Numbered from the whole stretch's first letter, positions 50,691 to 63,779 are shown. The stretch: DNA of 63,779 nt, filler included, from Octopus bimaculoides (GCF_001194135.2; 5 parts of 5 records of this genome joined end to end with filler, not necessarily neighbours in it); one strand, 5' to 3'. Numbers and translations are program-made. The notes: generated by a model from the sequence alone, not told the origin.

Positions 50691-51261
50691 GTAAGTAAAT
50701 TCCCTTTTTTTCTTTTGCATAAAACCTTGTGTGCTATTGTAGTACAAAACATTGTGGCAGAGGCATTGCTCTGTAGACATAGAGTTCACTTAGTTACTCC
50801 TTGGTCCTGAGTTCTATTTCATCGTGTGGCACCTTCAGCAAATGTCTCCTACTCTTGCTTGTGAATGGAATTTTTAGAGAAATATTGCATGGAACACCAA
50901 CATGTTTAAATACCAAATCCTCACAGAAAAGCTTTGAACAAAAAATGATGTTATGTTGACATTCCTCATCCACAAATCATCCCTTCTTTGCAAACAGATA
51001 AAGGTCAGCAACATAAAGGTAATCTTGTTGCGAAACAGTGCTTCTGAAATAAGTATTCATCTGACCCATGTCAGCATGAAGAAACAGAGGTAAAACTCTT
51101 GAATAACCCAAGGAATATTGTTCTATCATTCTGACTGTGTACCTCTTGCATTATAATTTTCAGAAAATTCCTCACAGGATGTAAATAAAAATTAAATATG
51201 ACAGACTATAGTTTGAAGGAAAGATATTTCTTGTACTCTTGTGAGTTTCCAATATTGTCAG

Positions 51262-51335
51262 ACTCTTTATGGATGCTGGAAAAGTTTTAAATGATGCGGC
51301 TAAACATGAAACAGGAGAGGCAGCCTTAGCTCATG
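51262..51335 (+). CDS. Candidate coding exon, unidentified protein
   Basis: TTGTCAG acceptor, one open frame (LFMDAGKVLNDAAKHETGEAALAH) and a weak GTCAGC donor. The composition is codon-like. Confidence 0.35.
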
Positions 51336-53036
51336 GTCAGCAACCCTGATTTCTCAGAAATCTTTTGAGTAGACTTTAGTAGATTGAGTAAAGTGATCTT
51401 CTCAGTCTCAGCAAATTGACTTTCAGTGATTTACTTACATTAAGTATGATACATAGATGACTATTTTAATTTAAATCTGCTTCAGTTGCATATAAAATGT
51501 TTTTTTTTTTTTATTCAGCTTTATGGTTATTCACAATACCAACAAATACTTTATTTATTCTTCCCTACACACCAGAGATGACAAATTTTATCTAGGCATG
51601 TGGCTGGTTGTGAGTCAGTCACACACAATGCTCCCAAAGGGCCCTGGCCAGATACTACAACTGGGATGCTTTTCATCTCCTTCCAATATGTATTCTGCTT
51701 ATAAACACGGCACATGTTATTTCTGAACAAATATGAAGTAAATTGCCTTTCAAAGATGTATTTACAATAACTATGATCAATCCAAGACTACAGTAGAAGA
51801 CTTTTTCCCAAGCAGAAGAGACTTGCTATGCAATAGGACTGAACCCAAAATCACATGGTCGCTTCTCAGCCATGCCATTCTTTAACTACACAGCTATTCT
51901 TACAGAAACAAACAACATATAACTTATTATTTTGAAAATGGTGAAGATTATGTTTTGATAAAATAAATTTTTATCAAAAATTTATTAAAAGATACCTTAT
52001 CTTCTAGAAACCCCAATATTTTTCACAGAACTCAATTTATGAGACATTGGTATGAGAGTCTCCCCACCACCACTACTGGCTTCAAAGTTAATGATGCGAT
52101 CCGTATAATACCTAGGATGTTTGTGTCTATTGTGTGTATGTCTTGTTGGTTTTTGTTAAATGGAATTTGAGATGCTTCTGATAATGTTCTGTTGTCGGTG
52201 TGAGATTTGCAGTGGTGATAGATTGTGTGCTCTTGCTGCTGTTAATGTAAGCTAATCTTGTGAATATTTATTTGCAAGCGCATGGTTGAAGTCGGTATAT
52301 GGTTATATCCTGGAGGAAATATCTTTAGATTAAGATGCTACTTGTATATATGGTGAGGGAGATATAATGTTGTCATGTATATAGAGATTAAAGAATTTTG
52401 TCCATACAGCAACTATTTAGAAGACTATGCATCAAGATTTTCTTATATATAATGTTTATTCTGTTGGTATAGCAAACCAACATTTGATATGGCTATCTTT
52501 AGATATTTGCTGAATTTATTTTTTTTCTTTACCAAAGCTTAATACTAAAAAGAGATGGAAATATCAGTTAAATTACACCAGCTTCGAATGAATCTAAAAT
52601 TAATAGACTTCTACTACAGGCAGATATTTCAAATATACTTGGCAACAATTTATTAATAAATAGCAAAAGATTCTACCAAACTTTTTAAATCCACCCCTGA
52701 GAATTTTTTTTCAAAACTCTTATTAATGACTACTATTTATAAAAATAATGATATTAGTTAAAAATATACAGCAAGTACAATCATAGTAGTGGGAATACAG
52801 AGTAGTTTGTTTTGATATGGTTTTGAATTCAATTCCATTCTGTAGTAGTTTGGGCCAAGTGTCTTCTACTATAGCCTCTAGTTAACCAATGCCTTAGAAA
52901 TGGAATTGGTAGAAAGAAACGATACCGAAGCCTGTCATGTGTGTAAGAAGATGTATGTTTCTTTGTGAATGTTTATATTCCTTGAAAGTTTTGAGCAAAA
53001 ACCATGTTGTTATGCTGATGACCAATGTCAACAAAT

Positions 53037-53127
<91 letters not shown>

Positions 53128-53813
53128 GTTTTGAAGTGAAATAAAAAATTTAAAAAACGCAGTAACTTTACTTGAAAAATGAATGAGAATGAGAGAAAAG
53201 GCACCCATCTGTAAAACAATGTCCTTAAAATAAACATTTGTTCAACTCCTGCTTAGATATAAAACGAAGGAACAGTACAAATAAAGAAGGAAAATAAAGA
53301 GGAATTCAAAATGAAAACTGACAAAAGAGCCATAAGTTCAAAATTCAAAACAGCAACAACACAGTAACCCCACAAATTCAAATTTCTGTCTTGAAAAGAA
53401 GCAACTCCCTTTACTCTCACATACAAAAGGGCTACTGATAAAAAGCGAACTTATTTTATATGCTGTCAACTCATGACATCCTATTGAAATTCTTTTTAGT
53501 TAAATACTCTGTTCTGCAATGACTGAACAGAAAATAGCCAAATATGGGCTGGTTTATTCAAATGCTTACAGTGTTCTTACACGTGGTTGGATAATACTGA
53601 AAATTGGTATTATCACCGAGTAGAACTGTTTTAATATAAATAAACATTTGTGCTGAAAATAATATTGTGCATGTGTGGTTATATTCCTAGGTTTCACCAG
53701 TCACTGCTCCACCCCTTTTACCTTCACATGAACTCCCTACTCATCTTGGTCAATAATTCTATTTATATTCACATCCTCATACATTGAGAATATGCCCTGC
53801 CACATCACCACCA

Positions 53814-53844
<31 letters not shown>

Positions 53845-56465
53845 TTCGCCTAACCATGTATCTCAGCAAGACACCAGTTTCTTCCCCCACCCCCCCATCA
53901 TACTATAATCTCTCATCACCTGGCAACAAGCCACCTCCTCAAAGTTACTCGGTGAACACCAACAGTGCTGGTGCCATGTAAAGAGCACCAGTCCACTCTG
54001 GTTGGCCTTTGGGGGGGGGGGCATTCAACCATAGAAGCAATGCCAAAGCAGACCCCTGCCAGTGCTGGTGCCACATCAAAAGCACCCAATTCACTCTGTT
54101 AAATGGTTGGGGTTAGGAAGGACATCCAGCTGTAAAGACTCTGTTAAAGCAGATGGTGGAGCATAGTGCAGTGCCCTGGCCTGGGGGCATTGAAGGTGGA
54201 CACATTAAATGATGATGATTAATAATTAAAAAAAAAAAGGAAAACCCACAGATACTTTAAAAAAGGACAATGGAAAGAGACCATCATCATCATCATCATT
54301 GCCAGTCCTCAGTCAAACCATCCAACCCATGCTGGCATGGGTTGGATGGTTTGACTGAGGACTGACAAGCCTGGAGGCTGCACCAGACTCCAATCTGATC
54401 TGGTGTAGGTTTCTGCAGCTGGATGCCCTTCCTATTGCCAACCACTCTGAGGCGACACTGGCATCGACCATGCTCGAATGCTGCTTTTGACGTGTCACTG
54501 GCACAAGAGTCGGTCAGGCGGCACTGGCATCGACCATGCTCAGATGGTGCTTTTTAAGTGCCACCAGTGTTAGTAATGAATCAAATGCAATCAATAACAA
54601 ATATGGACACACAAACATTGCAAATAAGAAGAAAAGACAAGTTTTTCTTCAACTTTTTGCCTTATTTTCCTTATGAAATTTAGAGGCCAATTTAATCCGT
54701 TCGGAAACAACATATCCAAATATACAAGAAAGTTTTAACAATGAACAAACAAACAAAAAAAACTAAGAAAATAAATTGCTAAACTCCAGCAACTCATTTG
54801 TTGATTTTAATTATGAATGTTATAGAATGTCAATAAACGAGGGAAGAAAGGAAAGAACTTTTCTTCTTCTTTAGATTTGAGAGTTTTTCAGTGGTTTGAT
54901 TTTGGGCAGCTTCAGGAAGTATAGGACTAAGAGAAGATACATGTGCAGTTGGATGACTTCATGTCGTACAGGTTGTTAAGAATTAAATTAGCTGAAAGTT
55001 GAATGGAAGTGAGAAAAGAAACAAATAAAAAGAAGAGAGGGAAAAGAAAAAAGCTTACAGAGTAAAGACACCCCCCCCCCCACCTCTACTCCAGACAGAC
55101 TTTAAAATAAACTTGCAGGTTACTGATTTTCAACAGATGCAGTTGTGACGAAACTTTCCGACAGTTTATGATGTAAAATACTTTTAGGAAATATACAGAA
55201 AAAAAAATGAAAAAAAAAGGAAAGGTTAATTTAACTGTTTTTGTGCATTGTTAAATGATTAAAAATGAACTCTCCCACAATGTAATTACTTCAATTTCTA
55301 CTTGTTCTCTGATTAAGTCACTTACCAAACAAGTACAACAATTCTGGAAAGAGAAATTATGCGTTCTCTCTCTCTCTCTTTTTTTTTTATTTTGATTCTT
55401 TGTTATTTTGGAAAAATAAATTTTCCAAGTGTTTTGGAATTTTATGTAAAATTTCAAGAAAATTTCACTCGTTATTCTTTTCTTTCTTCCTTCCTTTCTT
55501 TCTTCCTTCCTTTCTTTCTTCCCCTCCCCCCACTTCTTCTTTTCATTAGGTTAATTTAAAGTTTCACGATCCAAGTCATTATTCATGAGATAGTTTATTA
55601 AAATGTTCGTTATCCCATGCAGCCATTATTGATCGAAATATTAGACACAATATAAAAACCACTAATTTACTCATTATCCTTATTTTATAACCAGACATTA
55701 CTTCCTGCTTCTTAATTTATAGAAATATCAGGCTTAAACATCTCATATTTCATTTTAAGAATATTTTGACAATGCTTCTGCTCATAAACTGTTGTGTAGT
55801 GACCTATAAAGCGCTCGTGTCAAATATATTGATATTATGCTATACACCTAAATATCACTTCTACTAAGAGTCAGCAGCTAAGAATTAAATAAATATCTTA
55901 AAGAAGATGAATGCATTTGCTATTAATATAAAATCTTTCCTGATAAACTTGATGTCTATTGCTGTGTGGACACAAAATTCTAGAGGCCATCTGATTTTTG
56001 CTTGCTTCAACACTCAATTCGGAAATGACAATGATCAATCTAAGGTCACAAGTTGTCAAGTGTAAAAACTAATACTGACAGCTCGGGAATATATGGCAAT
56101 AAGATGTCTGTGTATTGGCGGTGGTGGTGGCGATGGGGTGGGGGTTGATGGGGAAGTGGGGTGATGGGGAGTGTGGTGGTGGTGGTTTGGGGGGAGGGGG
56201 TTCTAACATAATCTAAATCAATTTTAAACATTAAGGTGAACGAAATAACACTTTATTTAAAAGAAGACACAATTAATGCGGACTGACTGAAACTTTAAAA
56301 TAGCAAAGCAGGATGGGAAAGAAGAAGAGGAGGAAGATGAAGAAAATTGAAATTAACAATCAGTACGATAACGATTTATAGCGTGGATCTATTTCATAAT
56401 AGCTTCTTGGTAAAATAAGATTTTTGTGATATAACTTTTTATTTAATTTATTTATTTATATATTA

Positions 56466-56537
<72 letters not shown>

Positions 56538-57074
56538 CCTTCAAATTGGATGCCTGTAAAATATAATGATACTAAATAGAATGTGGTGGGAAAAATCTTG
56601 AAATCCGAGCGGAGTCACTCCAGATCTCATTGAGCACTAACGAGTAAAAGTATAACATTACAATGTCATTTCCAGTTGCCTTCACAAATTTGCTGCTAGG
56701 GTAGTCTGGTTTCTGGTGTATTTGATGTTTTAATAAGACTTCTTGTATAGAAGAGGTCACTGCTGGTGGAATTGGTTTTCAATTTGCATGGAATAAATGA
56801 AAATTTCAGATGTCATTTTGTAATTAATAAACTTTTATTAATTATGAGCTTCTAAAAGTCACCTTATCTTTAATTAATTTAGGATGAAGAATTAAATAGA
56901 TATAATGTTTCTGCAACATTTAGAAGAGTTTTGGGTGTGAAAACAGAGTTCAAAGGGAAGTCAAGTAAGTTCAGTTGCCATGACGGGTTCAAAATGTAGT
57001 GTTTTGTTTGAGGGTCATGACCCTTAAAACTGGAGTGATGAAGAGACAGAGAGAAAGTGGTCCCATGGTTGGGG

Positions 57075-57385
57075 ATGCATGTGGAGGTGTGTGGTAAGAA
57101 GTTTACTTTCCAACCACATCGTTCTGGGTTCAGTCCTACTGCATATTGGGCAAGTGTTTTCTACAATAGTCCTGAGCCAACAAAAACCTTGTGACTGAAT
57201 TTGGTTGTGAGTGGCACATTAAAAGCATCCAGTCCACACCCTGTCAAGTGGTTGGTATTAGGAAGGGCATCCAGCTGTAGAAACTAGAACAAAGCAAAGA
57301 GATGGAGCGTGGGCAGCTCTGCAGCTGACCAGATCTGGTCAAACTGTCCAATCCATGCCAGCATGGAGAATAGATGTTAAATGAA
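57075..57385 (+). mobile_element. Composite SINE: family A tRNA head joined to RTE-type tail
   Basis: GTGTGGTAAGAAGTTT...GGTTCAGTCCTACTG...GACTGAATTTGGTTG is followed without a microsatellite by GTGGTTGGTATTAGGAAGGGCATCCAGCTGTAG...ATCCATGCCAGCATGGAG. Confidence 0.6.
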
Positions 57386-58769
57386 GGTGGTGGGTGGTTG
57401 TAATGGTGGCGGTGGTGGTAGTAGTGGTGAGTGTGTGGTGTGTGTCCTTGTCTTTATAACTTGTGATAGTTGTAAATGAGTGTTACTGTCATATAAGTAG
57501 TTTTATTTTCATTTACAATATTATGCAAATACATGTCTGACTATGGCAGTGGAGGAGGGGGGGTATTACTTGCTTGGAATCAGGTGAGGGTTGGTGACAG
57601 GAAGGACATCCCGACATAAAAAAATCTGTCTCAATAGATTCCATCCAACTCATGAAAGTATGAAAATTACATTCCCTTCATCTCGCTAGGGCTAACGATG
57701 GACCTCACATTCCATGATCTTTCTCATCTGATCTTTCACTTTCCATCGCTCTTCTCCCCATTGGACCTTCCTCTCAACTCTTTCTGTATCACAGAAACTT
57801 TGAATGTTTGTTTAATTTTCTTTCCCAAATTAATTAAAGACGGGGTAATTTGTAGTTTATCAATAACAAAGTGACACCTGAAATTTCCATTTCTCATTTC
57901 CCCCCCCCCAACCTTCCCCGACCTCCACCATCTCAATACTCTTTCATTTCAATCACTTCTCACTCACACCACTACCCCCCTCCAGTTTCTCTCAGTCTCA
58001 TTCTCACACAAAGAGCAATGGCCTCAACTGTTGGATTCTTCACTTTTCACTGCAATTAAACTAAGAAAATTTTCTTATGATCCCCGCCCCCCNNNNNNNN
58101 NNNNNNNNNNNNNNNNNNNNNNNNNNNNNNNNNNNNNNNNNNNNNNNNNNNNNNNNNNNNNNNNNNNNNNNNNNNNNNNNNNNNNNNNNNNNNNNNNNNN
58201 NNNNNNNNNNNNNNNNNNNNNNNNNNNNNNNNNNNNNNNNNNNNNNNNNNNNNNNNNNNNNNNNNNNNNNNNNNNNNNNNNNNNNNNNNNNNNNNNNNNN
58301 NNNNNNNNNNNNNNNNNNNNNNNNNNNNNNNNNNNNNNNNNNNNNNNNNNNNNNNNNNNNNNNNNNNNNNNNNNNNNNNNNNNNNNNNNNNNNNNNNNNN
58401 NNNNNNNNNNNNNNNNNNNNNNNNNNNNNNNNNNNNNNNNNNNNNNNNNNNNNNNNNNNNNNNNTATATATATATATATATATATGAACCAGAGTTTTGG
58501 ATGTTGTTACAGACCACTGGTCACAATGCGCTTCCTTACATTGTTGTTGCTCCTGAACGATGCCACCTGTCTGGCATGTGGAGCAGGCCAACATTCTTCC
58601 TGGATGGGATTTCAGTCCCTCACAGGGTTTCTCTCATTTACAGTTGAGTAGACTGAGGCAATTTGAAATGAAGTGTTTTGCTTAAGAACACAAGGCACCA
58701 TTTGCCTGAGAACCAGAATTACCATTTTGCACCCTAACCATGTGGCCATGAGCCTTTACACGCAGACAC

Positions 58770-58935
58770 ACACACACTGGGCTTCAACACAGTTTTCTTC
58801 TATGAAGTTCACTCACAAGGCATTGGTTGGTTTGGGACAATAGTAGAAGACCCTTGCCCAAGATGCTGTGCAGTGGGACTGAACTCGGAACCATGTGGTT
58901 GGGAAGCAAGCTTCTTAACCATACAGCCATGTTTG
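58770..58935 (-). mobile_element. Family A SINE head, CpG-decayed
   Basis: TAGTAGAAGACCCTTGCCCAAGATGCTGTGCAGTGGGACTGAACTCGGAACCATGTGG. Confidence 0.8.
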
Positions 58936-59184
58936 CACATCAACTTCTTTGGACTACAGAGTTCCAGCATAGTTGCTTCCCTTTGAGAATCAAATGTGAC
59001 ATAGTTTCATTATGCAAAGTTGTGAAGCAAAGTCTTGTGACCAGGACCCCTTCGTATATATTCCTAAAAAAGGAGCAGATGTACGACTGGAATGTTGTGA
59101 TGCCTTACAAATCACATTTAAACTATGAATTGAATTATTTCACTCAAGACTTGAAACCTGATTTTTATACAGAGGCATCAACCT

Positions 59185-59516
59185 GTTAGATCAGGTTATG
59201 AAAGTTACAGAGAGGGTCATAGCCCAACTAATTAGGGAGCGAATCAATTTAGATGAGATGCAGTTTGGGTTCGTGCCAGGTAAAAGCACTACTGATGCCT
59301 TATTTCTAGTGAGACAGTTGCAGGAGAAATACCTAGCTAAGGATAAACCTCTGTACCTGGCTTTCGTTGACATGGAGAAAGCCTTTGACAGGGTCCCCCG
59401 ATCCCTTATCTGGTGGTCAATGAGGAAACTTGGGATAGAAGAATGGTTAGTGAGAGCTGTGCGAGCCATGTACAGAGATGCTGCCAGTAAGGTGAGGGTT
59501 GGAAATGAGTACAGCA
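59185..59516 (+). mobile_element. RTE-clade LINE reverse transcriptase fragment, open frame
   Basis: MKVTERVI...DEMQFGFVPGKSTTDALFLVRQLQEKYLAKDKPLYLAFVDMEKAFDRVPR...AMYRDAASKVRVGNEYS with no stop before the spacer. Confidence 0.93.
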
Positions 59517-59616
59517 NNNNNNNNNNNNNNNNNNNNNNNNNNNNNNNNNNNNNNNNNNNNTTAATTAATTAANNNNNNNNNNNNNNNNNNNNNNNNNNNN
59601 NNNNNNNNNNNNNNNN

Positions 59617-59665
<49 letters not shown>

Positions 59666-59729
59666 AGTACATTCTTTCATTCTTTTATAAGTTTCGGCCT
59701 AAGTGGCCATGCTGGGGCACCGCCAGTAT

Positions 59730-61580
59730 CGTCACCTTTTCAATGGCCATTCATACTCAGTTGGCTTTTGGTGAATGTAGGAATTTGATACTGCTTCCCT
59801 CGTTTGAGTTTCCTTCCGTGATGTAAGTTCACCTGGGATCTTGGACAACAGAAGGTCAAGGTGCTTCTTGAAAACATCTGTCCCCACTACATATTGGTCA
59901 TTCAGTTTTCTTGGCCAGACATTAAATATGTGAGCGCCTTTGATTCTCAAATTATTACAGTACCTGATCCTTACTCTAGACGGAAAAGGGTAAGCCGTTT
60001 GGAACAATACAGTGGCGTCCTCTTCGGGGACTGGTATGACTCTCGATGTCAAAGTTTGGTACTGGCCCCTCAAGAATATTCCATATTTATATCACTGCAT
60101 ATCTCTCTCTCGTCTTCACTCCTAGGAGCAGAGTTGTAATTCTTTCACTCTCTCCCAGTAACTCAAGTGTTTCGTTGATGTAATCTTCGTGTAACATGGC
60201 TGAACTATCTCAAGTTCCGCTATGAAATTGACGCATTTTTGAGAGCAGTGGTCCAGATAGTTGAAAACAAATGCTGTCCATAAGACCAGCATAATCCCTT
60301 GGAACCTTGTTCTGAAAGTTCTCAGAATCCATTCGGCCAGTCACTTGTACCTCTTGATAATATGTACATGAAACGATGTCTCGTTGCTCATAGCAATCCC
60401 CAAGTCTGCACTATTATTGACTCAAAAATTGCTGCTCCTTTCGGCCCGAAATATTTTTGTTGTGGTGTGTTAGCACACCAAAAAGCTTGGAATTTTCTTG
60501 CATTAGATTGCATGTCTTCTTAAGCCTATTTTTATATGGCGTCTAAATCTTTCTGTTGAAGATTAGCATCGAGAAGACACTTCACTCCTTATGCTACACT
60601 TGTGTCGCCAGCATAGCTAGTGAGGGTGACTGCCTGTATAACTGACGGCATGTCTGAGTGGAGCCAAAACAAACAACAGTAGCCCCAAAGCACTCCACTC
60701 GCTGTTAACGTTTCCTTGGAGAGATCTCTATTGGCTGCCACAACATGGCTTCTGTCTTTTAAGAAGTGATGTAACCACTCTCCCAGCTTTCCAGCTATGC
60801 CGAGATATCGCAGATTGTGACATATCATCTCGTGTTCAACCTTATAAAAGGCTTTTGCAAAATAGAGATATATCACGTCCACATTTGAAAGATTCATAAG
60901 CCGTTTCAGCACCTTGTCATAAGGCTGCAGAAGTTGTGTAAGGCGAAAGCCATAATGGGTGTCAGGAGCAAGCCATTATCTTCCAAGAACGTGATGAGCT
61001 TCTTCCTGATGATTTTGCTGGGCCTATACTTTTTAGCATCTGCTCTACTTCCTCGTATGGACAGGTTATATCATGCTTACTTTTAACTTTCTGGAAAATT
61101 TACCGCTTGCGAAGATGCTTTGGTAAAGGATCTGCAGTAACATTGCGAAGGCCCTTTTGCATTCTTTTAGGAAGATTGCCAGGAATCTATCAGGGCCAGT
61201 GGCTGACTTTAAGCTTATTTCACCAATGACTGATATTATATCAGTTTCCTGTATATTGCTGTAATCGATAATTTCCACTCCTTCTTCGTAGAACTGTAGT
61301 ATAAAAGAACTCATTTGGCATATTTATTTGAAAGTGTCCAAACGGAGACGTGGAAACGCTTTCGAATTGTACATTTAATATTTTACTTATCCTTTCGGGT
61401 CTGCAGTCAGAGAAGCATTTTCTTCGAACAGTGACCCTATCTTTTACCGTAGTGAAGCAGACATTTTCAATCTCAAGCATGGCAGTGCTCGTTTGAGATA
61501 GGATTACTCACGATCCTTTAGTGGCCCATTTAGACGATTTGAGATCTTTGTTCGTCGTCTCCTTAGATGTTATTATTAGT
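59730..61580 (-). mobile_element. CR1-like LINE relic (RT to 3' end)
   Basis: SATGPDRFLAIFLKEC, VDVIYLYFAKAFYKVEH, WLHHFLKDR, SYAGDT and C-terminal FKKHLDLLLSKIP...SNS, with many frameshifts. Confidence 0.85.
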
Positions 61581-61748
61581 TCAAGTAGGTAATAGGATAA
61601 CTGGATAGATGGCGATGCGAGCTGATTTGGGTGTATTTACACCATTTGTCTACAGCGAGAAATTTTCTCCATGATAAAACACAGTGAATGGCTTGCTTAC
61701 GGATTCGAACGTGCCACGTGCGTGTGCGTGCAAGTGTGTGTATAAATT

Positions 61749-61780
<32 letters not shown>

Positions 61781-61923
61781 GTGTACATTTAAACACAAAA
61801 AGAGGCGACCCTTAACAAGCAGCCTTGCATGATAGAAGTAGTAATCATACATATATACTCATACATACATACATACATACATACATACATACATACATAC
61901 ATACTTACATACATATATGTATG

Positions 61924-62011
<88 letters not shown>

Positions 62012-63699
62012 TACACATACACGCACTCACAAACACAGGATTTTGTCGTCAGCATGTCCTGTGTTTCCCGTTATAACCCTATATTTGTAAGAATGGGGCC
62101 TCGGTATTCGATATTCCGTTGAACAAATTGTTGGTTCAATCGATTATAAAAGATCGTAATGTTTACATTCAACATCGTATTTGGAGATTTGTTTACGACA
62201 TGGTCACTACATTGGAAATATGTGTATGTATGTATGTATGTATGTATGTATGTATGTATGTATGTGTGTGTGTGTCTCTCTGTTTATCTGTCTGTGTCTG
62301 TGCATGTGTGAGCGTGTGTGTGTGTGTGTGTGTGAGTATGCGTGCGTTATCGTTATGTGTATGTATGTAAGAATGTGCAAGTGTGCGTATGTAATTACGT
62401 GACTGCGTCTCTACGTGTGATTCCTATATAAATGTTTGAATAAGTATGTATGTATGTATGTATGCATGTATATATGTATGTATGTATGTATGCATGTATG
62501 TACACATGTTTGTATGATTGAGCGTGTATGTATTTATGTACGTATNNNNNNNNNNNNNNNNNNNNNNNNNNNNNNNNNNNNNNNNNNNNTTAATTAATTA
62601 ANNNNNNNNNNNNNNNNNNNNNNNNNNNNNNNNNNNNNNNNNNNNAAGTGAATCATGATTAGACCAAGTTGGATTTGTAAAAGAAGTTACTCTAACATGG
62701 TTATGTATGCATCTACCCTTGATTTAAGAGTGTCATCAAGCTGTACATACAAGTTTGTATGTACAATGAGTCTGAATATCAAAAAGTTGAAAATCAATTC
62801 AGCTGTTTAATACACTTTCTAATGAAATTAACTGAGAGAAAATCTGGTATATGTATTCTAAAGAAATACATTTGCGTATGTTGCAAGACACCTATGAACC
62901 AAGTGAAAAATGGAGTGTGACACTATGGTTGTGTGTGGTTGCTAGGCAAATGTAGTGAGCAGGATGAGGAATTTGGTTGAAATAATGTGGTAAGTTAAAT
63001 ATCTAATTGAAAGTGAAATAATGCTTTAGGTAGAAGTTTGATGATAAAACAGATTTGGAAATAATTGCTGATATATGAAGGCACATGTAGTATGAGGCAA
63101 ATGTATAGTGTTGTATGCTTGTATGCATACTGCCATGTGCATTGGTGGAGTTGCTAGGATCATAACAAAGTATACAGAGAAGAAGAAGCATGTGAGTTGA
63201 ACAAGCGGAAAAAAATGCAACAATGTAGTAAAGAAATCNNNNNNNNNNATGTGAGTTGAACAAGCGGAAAAAAATGCAACAATGTAGTAAAGAAATCTAG
63301 AAGTCTTGAAATATCTAGTTCCTGCATAAAGTCATTCAGTCAGAAATGTTCATGTTCATTTTAATTCATGGGTCACCAATATGGTTGAAAAATTCTGAAG
63401 ATATCATGAGTGATAAGTCTGTTGTGGAATTTAGTGTAAATACCAATGCAATTGATTGGTCACAATCCAGAAAAAGAGAAAAGTAGAGTCTGAGAATGCC
63501 TCTGAGGCCAATGAAGGATTTGGCTGTAATGATATTGTTTGGTTTGATAATAAAAATGCTACATTTATCAGGCTCAAGTTACTCACCTCTATGAATTTTA
63601 GGTGATAGAAATTACTAAGCGAGTGTGGTACATCATTAAAAGCAATCTGATTGGCTTGAAATAATCTTTTCTACTCTAAGCACAAGGCCCAAAATTTTT

Positions 63700-63779
63700 T
63701 GTGGGAGAGGGAGCCAGTCGATTAGATCAGCCCCAGTATGCAACTGGTACTTAATTTATTGACCCCGAAAGGATGAAAG
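63700..63779 (-). mobile_element. Family C SINE, cut by the window edge
   Basis: CTGGTACTTAATTTATTGACCCCGAAAGGATGAAAG is the reverse complement of the Meta-like segment at about 27920-27956. Confidence 0.85.

Larger units (their letters stand above)
1..63779. repeat. Dense microsatellites throughout: (TA)n, (TG)n, (TC)n, (TACA)n, (GATA)n, (GGAT)n, (GCTA)n, (ATT)n
   Basis: Read directly, e.g. 5465-5506, 9295-9356, 12430-12588, 13010-13066, 53041-53124, 56470-56537. Most N gaps start inside such arrays. Confidence 0.98.

Noticed and set aside
51950-52740. Possible old retroelement relic (also 36640-37460)
   Set aside because: The composition suggests decayed coding sequence, but I could not read a diagnostic motif.
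1-63779. CRISPR arrays, rRNA, operons or other prokaryote-type systems
   Set aside because: No repeat-spacer array or compact gene cluster is present; the sequence is clearly eukaryotic repeat-rich DNA.

Overview
AT-rich, gap-riddled eukaryotic draft sequence with no complete gene. The repeat families and extreme microsatellite density look like an octopus or other coleoid cephalopod; this is inference from memory of the repeats, not verified. Four identical 100-bp spacers (44 N + TTAATTAATTAA + 44 N) at 16188, 42882, 59517 and 62546 are assembly joins, so adjacency across them is unproven. Recognisable content is mostly decayed mobile DNA: two hAT transposase relics plus hAT-type MITEs, one Tc1 and three mariner relics, a Tigger-like MITE, four fragments of an RLE-type (R4/Dong-like) non-LTR element, RTE and CR1-like LINE fragments, a probable Penelope-like relic and several tRNA-derived SINE families. 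Most ORFs in the supplied track are microsatellite or N artefacts. Best leads: (1) a 3-copy repeat carrying a minimal type I hammerhead ribozyme fold with a shared non-canonical U6 (best copy 16382-16418); (2) a 24-nt candidate microexon with a branch point-UGC-pyrimidine signature (46795-46818) among other candidate exons in a CpG-depleted, gene-body-like segment (about 43-59.5 kb); (3) an RLE retroelement sitting in (TACA)n with a conserved 3'UTR stem-loop; (4) an isolated 84-nt hairpin (11597-11680).
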